63,681 nucleotides of DNA, taken from the NCBI GenBank assembly GCA_001687465.1, contig LVLI01000027.1:1-63681 (forward strand), written 5' to 3'. The stretch's first letter is position 1. Every line of letters starts with the position of its first letter. Shown in pieces: positions 10,260-23,500 of the stretch. Below the pieces are notes generated by a model that did no database searches, was not told the DNA's origin, and saw nothing but the letters and a program-made list of their open reading frames with translations. The translations under genes were made by a program, and so were the position numbers. This DNA comes from Halocafeteria seosinensis (taxonomy: Eukaryota).

Positions 10260-13200
10260 TTATCCTTTTACTGTTCGTTTGGGTCTTTGCGCAGGTAAAG
10301 CAGCATCACGCCGGGCCTGCTGAACAGGCTTGTCTGTGGCAGCGGAGCTACTGGTATTGGAGTGTGTTAGTGCTGAAGTAGAGCTTGGCGTTGGGAATGA
10401 AGATGAGGTTGCCGTCAAGCCGGGTGAGTTAGAAACTGAAGAAAGACTAGTTGTTGTCGGAGTTACCATGCCGCTTTGGGTGCTTGCTCCCGCAGACGTG
10501 GAACTGGAGATGAAGGTGGCTGTTGGTGTAACAAGTTCCATTTGGCTCCACGACGACGAGGCCATAAAACTTATAGAGGTGATGAAACTGCTTGAAGGAG
10601 TCCCCGACCAAGCACTCTTAGTGGATGATGTTGACGACGAAGTTGCGGTTGATGATGACGTCCTCGTGGTTGGCGGGGTAACCGTGACGCTTTGTGTGCT
10701 CTCTCTCGGAGACGTCGAACTGGCTGTGGAGGCAGCCGTTGGAGTAAGAAGCGCCATTTCACTTTGCGAAGACGAGAACGTAGAGCTACTAGACCCTGTG
10801 GAACTACTTGAAGGAGTCGCTGACCTGGCACCGGTAGCAGATGATGTTGGGCTCACGGTTGGTGTGGAAGTCCTTGTTTGGGTCCGCAACGACGAGTGTG
10901 AAGACGGTGGGAAGCTACTTGAGGTACTCTCCTCCGACATTTTACGTGTAGTAGATATCATAGCGATCGGTGAAGGAGATGATGGTATCCACTGAAATCG
11001 CAGAATCGGCAGGTTCCCATCATGGTCGCCATGCCTGATGATACTATTCCCTCCATTCGGAACCCACACATCGTCAGACCATTGCTCTTGGCCTTCATGG
11101 CTATACAGAGTTCCACGAATGACTACTAAGTTATCTGAATTTCCCAGCGCCGAAAGTGCACTACTGCTCCCACCCGCCCCCACCATCGACCCTCCGCTGT
11201 GCACTGAGTAATTCACCTGAATAGTACCACTTGCTGCCGCGTCTATATGTGCTATAATTCCACCGGCCGCCGTACCAGTGACTGCACCTGATGCGTATGT
11301 ATTTGTGATATAAACATCACCTGTAGCGCCTACGCCCGAGCCTCCTGTACCGAATCCTGTAATACCTCCTGCTCCTTGACCACTGATATCTCCTCGTGTG
11401 TAACAATCTACGATATGCACTTCACCCTTTATCATTGCTGTGTTGCGTCCACTTATTCCTCCACTATTGGCAGCAGATATCTCTCCCATACTGTAGCATT
11501 CCTTGATACGCACGAATCCATTGTCCCGACCAGCACCTTGACCCACGATACCACCACTGTGTTGACCAGTAACAATATCTCCTGTGGAATAGGACCGAGT
11601 GATGTACACTTGACCACTTGAGAAACCAGCACCACGTCCACAAATACCGCCGGCAAAATCGCCTTCAGTATTGCCAGTGGAATAACAGTCCGTGATATTG
11701 ACAACCCCATTTATATATCCTGCACTGTTTCCTGCAATACCACCTGCATGTGCACCCAATATCCTCCCTGTCGAATACGAATTTGATATCCTGATTTGCC
11801 CATTATCATGACCGCCTCGGTGGCCACATATGCCACCGCCGCTTGCAGAAACAATGTCTCCTGTTGAGCTACAGGAATCAACGATAAAGAATTCTTGCTG
11901 TTGTTGGACAATAAATCCAGCCGAGATTGCAGTTTCCCCATGCCTAACATCAAGATTCCGAATCACGGGGGATTGGTCAAACGACGCAACACTATGATGT
12001 ATCGTAAACAATCCCTTAAAAGCTGCTACTCCATTCAAATCTATTGCGTTTCCATGCTGTCGACCACCATCAAAGATCTCGTTCCTATTCAACGAAATGT
12101 AGTCCTCGTTCGTATAGTTGGAAGCCCACATCAATATACTACAGTTCATTTCAAACAGACTTTCACGTGGTGTAAAACGAAAGCATGGTTCTTCTTCTTT
12201 TAGAATCGCGGATCGCAAGTCCCTCGCCGCCGCGTCTCCCAAGAGATACCAATAACAAAGTGGTGAAGCAACCGTCATCAGTGACGAAATAGTAGGAATC
12301 CGCTGCGGATAAGTCAAAGCCTTCGTCAATTCGCGATGCTCTTGATGCTTTTGTTTCCCTCTCTTGTTGCCAGGATTCTGCCATAACAGTGTTCGGAAGT
12401 GTGAGACATGGCGCAACAGTGAAGCAACTCGGTATACTACTGTGGTCTGGATCGCTAGCCGCTTCTCATTCCACCAAACATGTAATAGAGCTACCAGGTA
12501 CGATGCAACGACGAGGTTGAAGGCATCAAGAAATGGTCCCGCTTTTGGAAAAATGAAGCAATGGTATCCAAACAGCAGAATAAGGTGCTCTAGGAAATCT
12601 GATTTTTGCTGATTCCGAAACGGGAAGTGCCTTCTTTTTAAGTTTCGCTCGAATACTCGGATAAAATCAGATTTTATACTCTTTTTATGATATGGTGGTA
12701 GGTATTTCAGGATAGCAAACTCGCGAGACGTTCTTTTCCTCCGGTGGTGTGTTTCCGGCTCCCCACACTGAGATGTCCTGCTATCCGCCGGCTCACGTTT
12801 ACTCCGTTGTGATGGCCTATCGGAGGCAATATCGCCAAATTTCGGTTTCCGAAGACTCTGATTTGAGGCAAATTTAAGTATCGATGTCGAAGGAGCATTA
12901 CATCTGAGATTGGGTATGGGTATATCCAAGTCCGCATTGCTGTTGCGTCCTGATTCCTTTCTTGGCAACTCTACGCATGAAACATCTCCTCCGCCCAGCA
13001 CGTTGCTGAAAATACCAATGGAGGTCATTTGATTTGAGAACTTCAGCCCACACCCAAACGTCAAAATTCTATGAACTTACAGTGGAGGATTAAGTCCCGC
13101 CTCCCGTAGGACTTGAAAACGAGATGAAAGGGTGGTATCCGCAGGCGCGTCATCACAGAGGTCATTTGCGCTATACCTTCGATGATTTGGATCCTCCTGA

Positions 13201-13268
13201 CTATAGACCAACGTGGCACAGAGCACGACGTGTGCGATAAGGCAGGGACGTAAAAGATTTACCCTCAT
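10260..13268 (-). CDS. Secreted or surface protein with GLUG-like (GGIxG) repeats and a Ser/Thr mucin-like tail, about 975 aa, two exons
   Basis: A signal-peptide exon at 13268-13081 (MRVNLLRPCLIAHVVLCATLVYSQ) joins the 934-aa ORF in frame through intron 13080-13006 (GTAAGT...TTTCAG). There are about 8 repeats of roughly 29 aa (YSTG.I....GGI.G) and about 200 aa of S/T-rich sequence. Confidence 0.8.
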
Positions 13269-13636
13269 GGCTCGGAATCCTTAAAACACAGACTTCCCGT
13301 ACAAGGACTCTATGCCACGCCCCATTGCAAGATAGTACAGTATAATAGAGTACTCTTACCGTAAATTCGCCGAAAAGGAAACTCATGCCACGGATCACTT
13401 CTTACCAAACAGATCTGGCCAATTGGTGTGGTGTGGTGTGGCCCGTTGCAACTATAACGACCGTGGCAGAAAAGATTGACGTGTTTAACTTCAACTTGAG
13501 GCGAAATACTCGGCTTTTTCATGAAAAATGGCTCATAAATAGCATAATGAAAAGGTTGCTTTGACATTGGGATACGTGAATCAGGAACTAGAGACTTTTC
13601 TGCATCGCAATCGTCCCCCTAAATACTACAGAAACG

Positions 13637-15963
13637 ATGATGCACCATCATTATTTGATGCTAAAGCCTTGGCACCCCACCAACAAAAACAATCAGCGAA
13701 GGCTTTATGAGGCTGAAGCACAGTATAATGAGCGCAAGAAGAACGAACAAGAGGCTAGAGCGGAACTAGACCGCAATTTGTCCATGCGGGAGCAGCAGGA
13801 GATGCTGGAATCAGGCTCACACGCCGGACTAGGCAGTGGAAGTGGGGATAAAATACCTGCCAAGGGGAGAGAAGCTCTTCGTTTCATGTATGCAGCGCCT
13901 CCTGGCATGAAACAGGAACAAAAACAAGAAGGGCAAGGTCTATCGAGTGGGTCTATGCCTGGGCTAGGCTATGGAAGCAACGGACCGGGCGCAGGAGAAG
14001 AAATGGATGAGGATGAAGACCCTGTGGTGAAAGCATTCAAGGCAAAATTCGAAGCAGCTCGACAAAATAATGACGATACACAAGCTACTCAGGTGACGAC
14101 GCAACATGAGCCGAATGAGGGACAGAGTGAAAATGGACAACGGGATGCGGTCGACAGAACTGAGCTGCAGAAGGAGGAGGAGCAACGCGAGCAACAAAAC
14201 TCTCGACATGATAGTGACGATGATAGTAGTGACGAAGCACCGCAGCAACAACAGAAAGATGATGTCCAATCTGGAGAGCAGGATGGTGGTCCAACATCGA
14301 AGGAGAAGAGGAGAAGCTCCTCCAAGAAGAAGAAAAGCAGTAAGAAACATCACAAGGAGCGAAACAGAAGCAGTAACAAGAAGAAGCGCCACAAGAACAA
14401 GCGAAGTAGACGTCACGACAGCAGCAGCGATAGCAGTAGTGACAGTGGCTCAGAGACGAAAAAAGACAGTAAGAGAAAACACCGGAGTAAACGAGATGGT
14501 AAATTGAGCGGTTCCACTAACCCGGTAAAGACAAGCGGTACCGCGAGTAAAGAGGAGGAAGACTTAAGTGAGTATTCGTCAGTCATCCCAACGGCATTAT
14601 CAACCGGCACAGCCATCATGGGAAGGATGGATCCGCGCGAAGATCGAGAGAAAAAGGATGGAGAAAAGAATGAGAAGTCAGACGATAAGAAGAAGAAGAG
14701 GCACAAGCATAGCTCCGAACTCGAACGCGTTGCTGGCCGAAAGGCTCAAGATGAGATCACAACGCAAGATATTTACGAACGATTTCCTTGGCTGAAGAAT
14801 GCCCCCGTGGAAGCTGGTGACACGGATAACAAGAATGTGAGTTTTGATGACCAGCATTTATTGAATCGGGCCGAGCTGACCTTCTCGTATTCCTATGCAG
14901 CTCGCTTTTCGTCCCATGGGGATGTCTATCCGCAACGTACGGTGCATCCGTTGTGGTCAATGGGGACATCAAACAGGTGACAGAGAGTGCCCAATGAGAG
15001 ATACTAATCCAAACGGTAAGGGTCTTGTGTTCTGGACAAGTAGTTCTAACTGTTTCACTCATCCTGTGAGCTCGTGTCTTGCCAGATGCGGATCGCTTGC
15101 GGAAGGAAGACCCCCTTAGCTACACACAATCGGGTGGAAGGAGAGACTTCGAGCTTGATGAAGTAACTGCAGGCGCTTTGGGAATAAGATATTCAGGAAA
15201 CGATGAAGACCAGGACCTTGTCCATTCAGACGACGAAGACTATGCCGCTGCTGTAGCTTCGTCTGAAGGACGTTCGGTGAAAGAAGCAGTTGCTGAAGCG
15301 AAGCGAAAGCGTGAAGAACGAAAGAAACGTGCATCGTCTAGCAAGATGCAAAATCGTGCCCAAGAACTTGGATACGGCCCTTCGGACGGGACTCAGTGGA
15401 CTAACTCGGAGGATCCAGAAAAGCATTTTCTCGACTCGTTGTCTCTCAGTCATAAAAAACAACTTTTGCAACATTTGATGAGTGAAGACACGGAAGAAAA
15501 CACTGAAGACTCAAAAATTCTTGAGCTATTGAAAGCAGATATCGGCGATAGTAGCCGCAAGACCGAGGCCGCAACATCTACTTCTACTAGTCCCAGACGG
15601 CGAAAACGCGATACTCGCTCTGCTTCTGTATCTCAGTCCCCCGACAGGAGGCGTCGTCACGACTCGCGCTCTGTATCGCCGCAGCGAGAATCAAAAGGTT
15701 ATCGAAAGCGTTCTCGTGAGAGCCGAGACATGGATGGATCGCGCAGGGATAAACGTAACACTTCTCGTTCGCGATCTTGTTCACCTCGCCGGGAGCACAG
15801 GTCGAGCCGAAGAAGATCCAAGCATCGACGGGAAACTGACAGGGAGTCGGGTGATCGCAGGAACAGGAGGGATATTGGAGACCGGAAGAGTAGACGCAGC
15901 CGCAGTGCCTCCCGCGATAGGCGTAAACGAAGTAGCTGGGATCGCCGCGGGCAAAGAGACTAA
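13637..15963 (+). CDS. CIR1: CIR1-like protein (Cir_N domain, CCHC knuckle, RS/K-rich regions), three exons
   Basis: LKPWHPTNKNNQRRLYEAE (Cir_N), LRFMYAAPPG, ERFPWLKNAP, IRNVRCIRCGQWGHQTGDRECP and EDPL. Introns at 14837-14900 and 15016-15085 restore the frame. Confidence 0.85.
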
Positions 15964-15995
15964 CTGATCTCGAGGTGAGATAGAATTTTATCTAT

Positions 15996-17609
15996 TTACT
16001 TCTTAAGTATCCTTGTGAGTGCGCCAAAAGCAGAATTAACACAGTCAGCTACGCCAACACCATCATAGCTATTACCTGCAAGATATAGACGTGGTAGCTT
16101 CACTTCTACCTCCTCTCTAATTGAACGCAACCTTCGTTGATGACCCAGGTTATACTGAGGGATAGCATGTCTGGCAATGTTCACTTGAAGAACATCTGGA
16201 TCGATTTCAATGTTCATGTGTTCCCGCGTGGCAAGAATAGCTAGTAACTCTATCTCGTCCTCGCTCATGTGCTCAACATCTGAAAACCGTGATCCCCCAA
16301 TCATTGCCGTAACACGCGTGCCGTGTTTCTCGGGAATGTATTCTGCATCGGGAGCGCCCTCATTTCCCTGTGACGGGAACACACAACTATCCCAGGTCAT
16401 TCCAAGAACACCAGGTATAACATCACTGGGGTTTGGACTTTCGGGGATGTCTTCAGCACCTCCCGTTTCCCATTGGCTTGTGGGCACTAGGTAGCCGAAT
16501 CCCCGTTTTCCTTGCAATACGTCACCTTGCGCCGGTTCCCACCCTATGTTTACAGAAGCCACCGAAGAGCTGGCAATATTAGACAAGCTCTCTTTGCTTG
16601 ATGCCAACGACTCGGGAAGCAACTTGGATAGCGATTGTGCTGGAATACACGAAATCACATCATCGGCTTCTATAGTGTACGATTCAGGTGGCTCGTGTTT
16701 AGAAGCACCTTTTCGTTTCACATTCAGAGTAATTGTATCTTGATTCGTCTGTTGAATGGACGTGCACTCGGTGCTAGTTTGTACGGCAACATTTTCGTCG
16801 GTCGAAAGAAGTTCCACAGCTCGATTGGCTAACTGAGATACCCCATGCCGAAAGGAGATGGACCCATGATTCGTCAGCTCCTCAATTTTCTTATCCTGGA
16901 TTTGCAGCATTTCCTCTGTACCATTAGCCGTGTTCGAAATGGACTGGGACTTGCCAAACAACATTGCTTTCATTAACGACCCGTATTCCCTCTCCATGTG
17001 GTACAAGGACGGAAACACGCTTTTGATGCTGAGTTTGGCACTATCGCCCGCGTACACGCCGCTGATCATGGGGTTGACCATTCGATCTGCGATATCATCC
17101 CCGAGTCGACGCCGGAAGAAGGAGTCCACGGATTCATCGTAAAGGTCCTCTTCCTCCTCCGAGTTGAATTGGGGGCCGCGAGCGGTGGCTTCCCGGACAA
17201 ACGACCTCAGCTTGCCTCGGATGAGGCTCCATTTCATGAGTTCCACCGGTGTTTCCGGGACTTTATTCAAGTGCCCATTATAGTAGATGTACCTCCGCTG
17301 CGATGCCGCTGGACTGGAAGGCAAAATGTCATCGTAATCGAGCTCTAGAAGCTCAATGAGCTTCAAAAGAGGTCTCTGATTGGCTCCTCGCGGGCGTATA
17401 CTGCGACATCCTTTCTCAAACAGGAAGCTATGCCGTTCCGACGACAGTGTATGGCTCTGCAGCCACCCGCCGCACGTAGGGGAAGCTTCGAGTAAAGTGA
17501 CACGGGGAGAGGAATCCAAAATGGGCAGACGGCGCAAGCCCACCGCTGACGTCAATCCCGTTATGCCTCCTCCCAACACCACCACATGACGATGGCATGA
17601 AGATGTCAT
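15996..17609 (-). CDS. PPOX: Protoporphyrinogen oxidase (HemY/PPOX family)
   Basis: VVVLGGGITGL FAD motif, GGWLQS, FEKGCRSIRP, DESVDSFFRRRLG, SGVYAGD, GFGYLVP, AIPQYNLGH and GNSYDGVGVADC. Confidence 0.95.
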   Translation of the reverse strand: MTSSCHRHVVVLGGGITGLTSAVGLRRLPILDSSPRVTLLEASPTCGGWLQSHTLSSERHSFLFEKGCRSIRPRGANQRPLLKLIELLELDYDDILPSSPAASQRRYIYYNGHLNKVPETPVELMKWSLIRGKLRSFVREATARGPQFNSEEEEDLYDESVDSFFRRRLGDDIADRMVNPMISGVYAGDSAKLSIKSVFPSLYHMEREYGSLMKAMLFGKSQSISNTANGTEEMLQIQDKKIEELTNHGSISFRHGVSQLANRAVELLSTDENVAVQTSTECTSIQQTNQDTITLNVKRKGASKHEPPESYTIEADDVISCIPAQSLSKLLPESLASSKESLSNIASSSVASVNIGWEPAQGDVLQGKRGFGYLVPTSQWETGGAEDIPESPNPSDVIPGVLGMTWDSCVFPSQGNEGAPDAEYIPEKHGTRVTAMIGGSRFSDVEHMSEDEIELLAILATREHMNIEIDPDVLQVNIARHAIPQYNLGHQRRLRSIREEVEVKLPRLYLAGNSYDGVGVADCVNSAFGALTRILKK

Positions 17610-18292
17610 ACTCTCTTTTTTTTTCTACTGGTTTTACATTGTTGTGGTACAAACAAAACCAGGTAAGCACGGACTTTTAATTTTTCGCTTCCCACCCACC
17701 ACCCACCGGAAACGGATTTTCTGTAGGATTCCTCGGAAAAAAGACAAAATGTGGTGCAATGACAATGGGGGTCGGATCTCGTGCCACAATTCAGTGTGTG
17801 TGACGGATAAAACGTAGGGAGCCATTGGTTGCCCTCGACTTGGGGAGGAGAACGAACCTAAACAATTCTTATCCGCAGTTCGGTACACTCAAAGCAACTA
17901 GGAACCAATCTGCATACGTCAATCCCTCTCTCACTTCAGGTTGGGGTGGGCTGGAAGAGCTCCTTCCCCAGTGGGACAGGATGTAATTTGTGAGGCATCA
18001 CTACAGTTGAGTCCTCGTCGCCTCAGCACCATATCATATACATACAGTGGTAGATGTAGCCCCACGAATCGAACGGTCCAGGATACAGTTGGGACTCAAC
18101 TTGGGAGTCATCATTCGACGACGCTAGCACTGGCATGGGTACACAGTGTGTCATCTCAATACAGACGAAAACCGAAGTCGAATGTGCTACATGTATACTG
18201 ACGCTGTTCGCTCTATCCACAGTGTATGGGTGCCGTTGATATATTTGTGGCATCGGGCGCTGGTTTTTGGTTTACTGTTTGAAATACCACAC

Positions 18293-18420
18293 GTGACAGA
18301 TAGTCCACTGGCCGGGGAATTGACCGCATCCTCTTAACGAGGAGCGGTATGCGCCCGTGTTAAGCAGCGACGGGCTCGCTGTTCATGCAGCTTTGCTGAC
18401 ATGCGCCGTGAAGGAACACA
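18293..18420. repeat. Dispersed 128-bp repeat, copy 1 (probable mobile-element end)
   Basis: Aligns to 34001-34127 with about 7 substitutions, 1 indel and an identical core of more than 50 nt. Confidence 0.9.
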
Positions 18421-20558
18421 ACGTTTGAAATGGGCGGATGGATTGATATTAATGCTACACTTGCGTTGTACAAGGACGGGGCCTGGATTGCTGCTTCGGT
18501 CGTCAGAAAACTACATGCATATCGATACTGGTGTACATCATTGTATTTGCGTACACTGTCCGCTGCAAATGTGCGTCGGCGCACTCAACCTGATTTTGAT
18601 GTTTCAACGGGTGGATGATCTTGGTGTTACACATCGAACGAAAACGGCCGCATTGAGAGGAAGATGGTCGGTGTTATGGAGATTGGAGAAGAACCCTTGA
18701 ATGTCCCAACGTAGCTGTCATATCCTCAGACTGTCGTATCCTTACTCTCGGCTGACTGGAGAAGACTCGATATCCCTTAGGTGATCTGTACACTCGTCCG
18801 TAGTTCAGGCTTATGCCTTCCTGTTCTCAATCGAGAACGGCTTGACAGTTTATCCGGCCGAAACAAAGCCAGTAACTCATGAGTGGTTGACGCGCTTGCA
18901 CGTTGAACAGCATCCTCCTACTCGACGAAGACAGGAACGAAACTTTGGCAGCGCTGTCACAACGACTTGAGAAGTCCTTTGGAGACGGATCCGAGCACGA
19001 GCAAGGATGGCATTTTGAATCATTTCGTGAGGCTTATTGTAGTGTTCTTGACTTGACAGCGAGGACCATCTACTCCTACCCCATGCGATAAAGTTCCGAT
19101 TCTTTCATTCTCTTGTCCGATCCCTTATTCGAACACAACAAGTGTACTGTATCGTAAAAACACTCGAAGTATATCCGTGGCTTGTTTACTGGAAGACTCT
19201 TTCTGTCCATCATCGGGCATTACCAATGCTTCCGCAATGGACAGAATCCATTTTGCTATGTCCATTCCCAAGTGTCCGTAGAGCTTAGAGTCATCAACGA
19301 GTTTTGCCCACTCATGCAAAGGCCACTCATGGATTGTACGAAAGTTAGGTACGTCGCGCCCGTGATAGTATTGACATCTCTGCTGCATAATGATACCCAC
19401 GTACCGTCCAAAATAGTTCGATCTGGGCCTTTTTGGCTGCTTCATTTAAGAAAATCAACAAGGATAAATCTCCCATTGTGAAAGGAGCTAGAATAGAGAG
19501 TAACGAATACGAAGAAGACTTTTATTGCTTCCGCACGAATCAGAGCACCTTCGATTACGAATAGTTCCTCAATACTTTACTGTAACCGTTTCCGAGCTCG
19601 AAGTTACTTTATGCCAAGCTTCAGTTTAGAAGATCACATTTAGCAGAACAACGTTGGGTGTTATCAGTCAACTTCTCACCCACTTTGTAGTAACGCTTCA
19701 TTTTGCACCTACCCATTGCCAGAATCGTATCCCCAGCTACTTGCTCAAACTGTTGTACAGTGTAGTCGTGACATAAATGCTGAGAAGACAGCGAACAACA
19801 GGATATCTAGATATACAACACTGCCCAAGGCCTAGCGTAGGGGGTACATGTAGACTACATAGACTTCTTCCGATAGGAACAGTACACAACTATTTACGGC
19901 TACTTTGAATGTTAATTTGAATTTGCGCCCTTAGTAGATCTAACCATGCAACACTGACTACCTAAGAACTCGAACTATCTGCTCCTCTCTTCTAGTCTCC
20001 TTCCGAGGTCCAGCATACTCTTTCTTCGGTTCGGTACGGAGTGGTACTACCGGTAAGCTTAGAATGATAACGGTCTCGTGGATCATCCTCATTTCAATTA
20101 CTCGGATACATCCTGATTTTTATTGCCATGGATTCCACTTGCACCGGGTCCAAAACGCGGTTACCCGGGTGTTGGATGAGATTGTTTCAGGTGCTTATGA
20201 TGACTGAAAATATAGTACGACTACCCGAGGGGACGGCCGTAAGAGTAGTAAAAAGGGCAGCACGCGGAAAAGACGTCAAAGGAGTCGTTTGAAAGGACAG
20301 CAGAGTCTAGATCGAGTTCTTAATCTGGTCATCTGAAAACATGATGTCTGGATGTTCGCGTATGCGCAGTCAACGGGTTTCCTGTAGCGGTCGAGGGAAG
20401 ACTCTCCATATAATCCTTTGTAGCATTTGAGCTATGTCCATGGACATTATTGCTGCAACTTTGTACCGCTATACGTTTCACATTCCTAATTGAATCAGAG
20501 TTGCTGGTATAGCAGTAAGAAGAGAGCGGAATACCGTATCTTCCGTTTATTTCTCTGC

Positions 20559-23500
20559 TCATGTGATTGAGCCAACTTCAGATGCAGAAGCGGTCCCTTG
20601 CTGCTGCCCTCCCCGACCTCGGCCTTTTCCTACAAGCGTTGACTGTCGAGCCATATACGGAGAGAACTCTTGTCTGAGTCTCCCTTTGCGGAGAGGATTT
20701 CCAACAGAAGTACTGGAAGTATCTTGTCCTTGGTTCATCGCTTGTGCTTTCAACGTTTGTATCTCCCGACGAGCTGCTTCCAACTCCTGCCTTAGTGCAT
20801 TCTCTGGATGTTTTGAAACCAGTTTTGCCTCCTCACGTCCGGTGCCAGTGGCCAGGGGATTCATCTGTGTTTGCATGGGCCCGTTTTCTACCGTTTTAGA
20901 CGGCTTGCTGCTCCCTAGTTTTGAAGCATCCACCTTTTTACCACACGAACAAGATGCCAGGCATCTCATCGCCAAATCTGGGTAGAAGGTTGACAGCAGT
21001 TCGTAGCCGAAGACAAACAAGAAATAAGCGGCACTCAACACTACGATTACCATAGCACAAACTCCAAGAGCCTCGTATTCCGTACGATAGTATTCCAGGG
21101 ATTCCCCGGAGAAGCGGGAGGAAAGGAACATGATACCTGATAAGTTAATCAAAATAGCACAGCCTAGAAGTACTGCTTCAACAGTATTGAAATCTGTCAA
21201 GTATCGTATAATTGGCTCGGAAACCAAATACTGTGATTTTTGTCGGAGCAGCTTTCCTTTCTGGGCGTCCCAACCCGTAGATATTCCCTTGGTCTTTTTT
21301 GTATTCCTCTCTTTGTTATCATCCATTGTCTTCTGGATCAACATGTGCAACTCATCTCCTTCTTTAACTTTCCGAGCATGTTCATCGATAACTGATTGGA
21401 AATCACTCCGGCTCATGTAAGGCAGGTGACGCACTTGAAAAACATACGCCGCAAAGACCACAAGCAACGTCATCGATAGTTGGTATGTCGGGCTACTACG
21501 AAACATCAGGGAGGTCAGAGCGATTAGAAATTTCCGTAGCAATATCATGATTACCCAATACCATTTACCCGGCTTGAATAAGTGGTATAAGCGTTGATAG
21601 CGGCGCCGGAAAACGTAGTTCGGATTTTCAAGTCTGGAATTACCTGTTCCATGGGCACGCAGGATTTGATCGTGTTTGACTGCTGCTTTATTTCGCCGGA
21701 GCAGAAAAAAGGCAAACACAGGGAAAGCAATGACGTATAGTAGCAAGGTAACCACTCCGAGCGGAAACAACAGGTTCATATGAACCGGACTCTCCCAGCA
21801 ACGGATGTCAGTTCTGCCCGCCATATACAAATTGCCGTCTGGAGGATCCGTTGGGGCACAATTGAAGACATCAAGGGTCATTCGCGTCAAGAAAATGTAC
21901 AAGATGTACATGATGATTATGATTGATGCAATCAGAGCGTTCACATGCGTATGTCTCTGAGAAGCGGGAGCTCTCAGGATCAAAAGCTTGTAAAGGTACC
22001 TGCAGAGATATATCAGTGCCAGAAGACAGAAAACAGTGAGAGGCAATCCCATCGTTGCCAACCATCGAACTTGGTACGGAGGAGCCGGTTGCATATAGCA
22101 ATCGGGGGCCGCAAGCTCCAAGTTTAGATTGAAAAACGACAAAGCTTGTAACGTTGTCTCCATCGTCGAAGGCCACCGCACACGCGTCCTAGCAAATAAG
22201 GCCAAAACCTGGAAGTAATCAACTCCAATCGTAAACGCAGCGAGACGGATACCTTTAGAATTGATTATGTAGCCACCAACTGCGGCTCCAACCACAGCAC
22301 ATGCCATAAATACTCCCAAGAGCCAGGCAGTTTCTGGACACTTCTTACACACGCCATTGATACGGAAGTGCGTTCCTGCTTCGCAAGAGCTGCATCTGTA
22401 GCCTGTATATCCCTTTGCGCATTGATTACTACCAAGACAGGCTTCCTTCGGAATACACGGCAAAAATACTGGGCATTTTTCGCGATCCTGCCGTTTTTCA
22501 TGACAACGGTCCGATGGAGCCGTGTCATTCGTCTTCCACCATCCCTCCTTGGACTCTGTTTTATCCACGAATCGCTCTCCCCCGGGACAAATCGCACCTG
22601 GCTCCTGCTCTTCGCAATAGAGGCATTCCTCACCACTTAATCCATACCATCCATGCTTACACTCTGTCACCACTTTTTCCAACCAATCTGGAAACATAAG
22701 CTCCCGTTCAGCCACAGAGAGGTGAATACTCTTTGCGCCAACTTCATCCGGCTGACTAACACAAGTGGCCTCGCCGTGGTGGATCACCTTTGCGTTCTTA
22801 CATGTGACATTTCCCAGCTTTATGCCAATAGGTCGTCCTCCCGGTCCAAAGTTGGCACCGTCAAAGGTGATTCGTGAACCTTCGGCATCGGGAGTACTGG
22901 GCTTGACGCTGATGATACGAGGAGGATCGAAAGAAAAAATTTGTGCCTCGCTTGCAAGTGAGGTTCGGGCGCCAACTCTAACGGTTACTGGTAAGTTCTT
23001 CCCGACGCCCTCAAATAAAGTGCAAACCATGCTCGTATGAGGGTTCAACCCAGAAGGAGTAGGAAATTCCTGTTCATCAAACAAGCATTTCTTTCCATCA
23101 ATGTACACCTCTTTGGGTGAACCGGCGGGACCAAAATTCGTCCCATTCACTTCGATAGGGACGCCTCCTGTCGTCGGGAAGCAATCAGGGAACTCTAGGA
23201 TGCAATTTGTATTATTGCCAGAGCTCTGGCAACGACGAAACGGTTCGCAACTCTTTCTAACAGTCCATCCCGGTTTTAACCGATGAACCGAATGTACAAC
23301 CGGAGGATCGTAGTCAAATATCATGGCGTTGCTATGCCCCTTGCCCTGGCTCCAGTGGTGGGGAGAGACAATGACTGGGATGCCGGTACCTAGACCCTCT
23401 GGCAGCTTGAATTGGACTTCGGAATGTGAATAGGCCACTATCTGCACATTAGGATGGTTACCAAAGGACACATTCCCTGAAAATCCGAAATTATGACCGC

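Noticed and set aside
10330..10995. 221-aa plus-strand ORF and similar antisense ORFs over real genes
   Set aside because: These are shadow frames of low-complexity or codon-biased CDSs on the opposite strand.
18293..18420. HDV-like or hammerhead ribozyme in the dispersed repeat
   Set aside because: TCCTCG occurs on the minus strand, but the P3/P1 pairings do not close, and there is no CTGANGA/GAAA core.
18720..19481. Short ORFs in the PPOX to giant-gene gap
   Set aside because: Fragmentary, on both strands, with no diagnostic motif.
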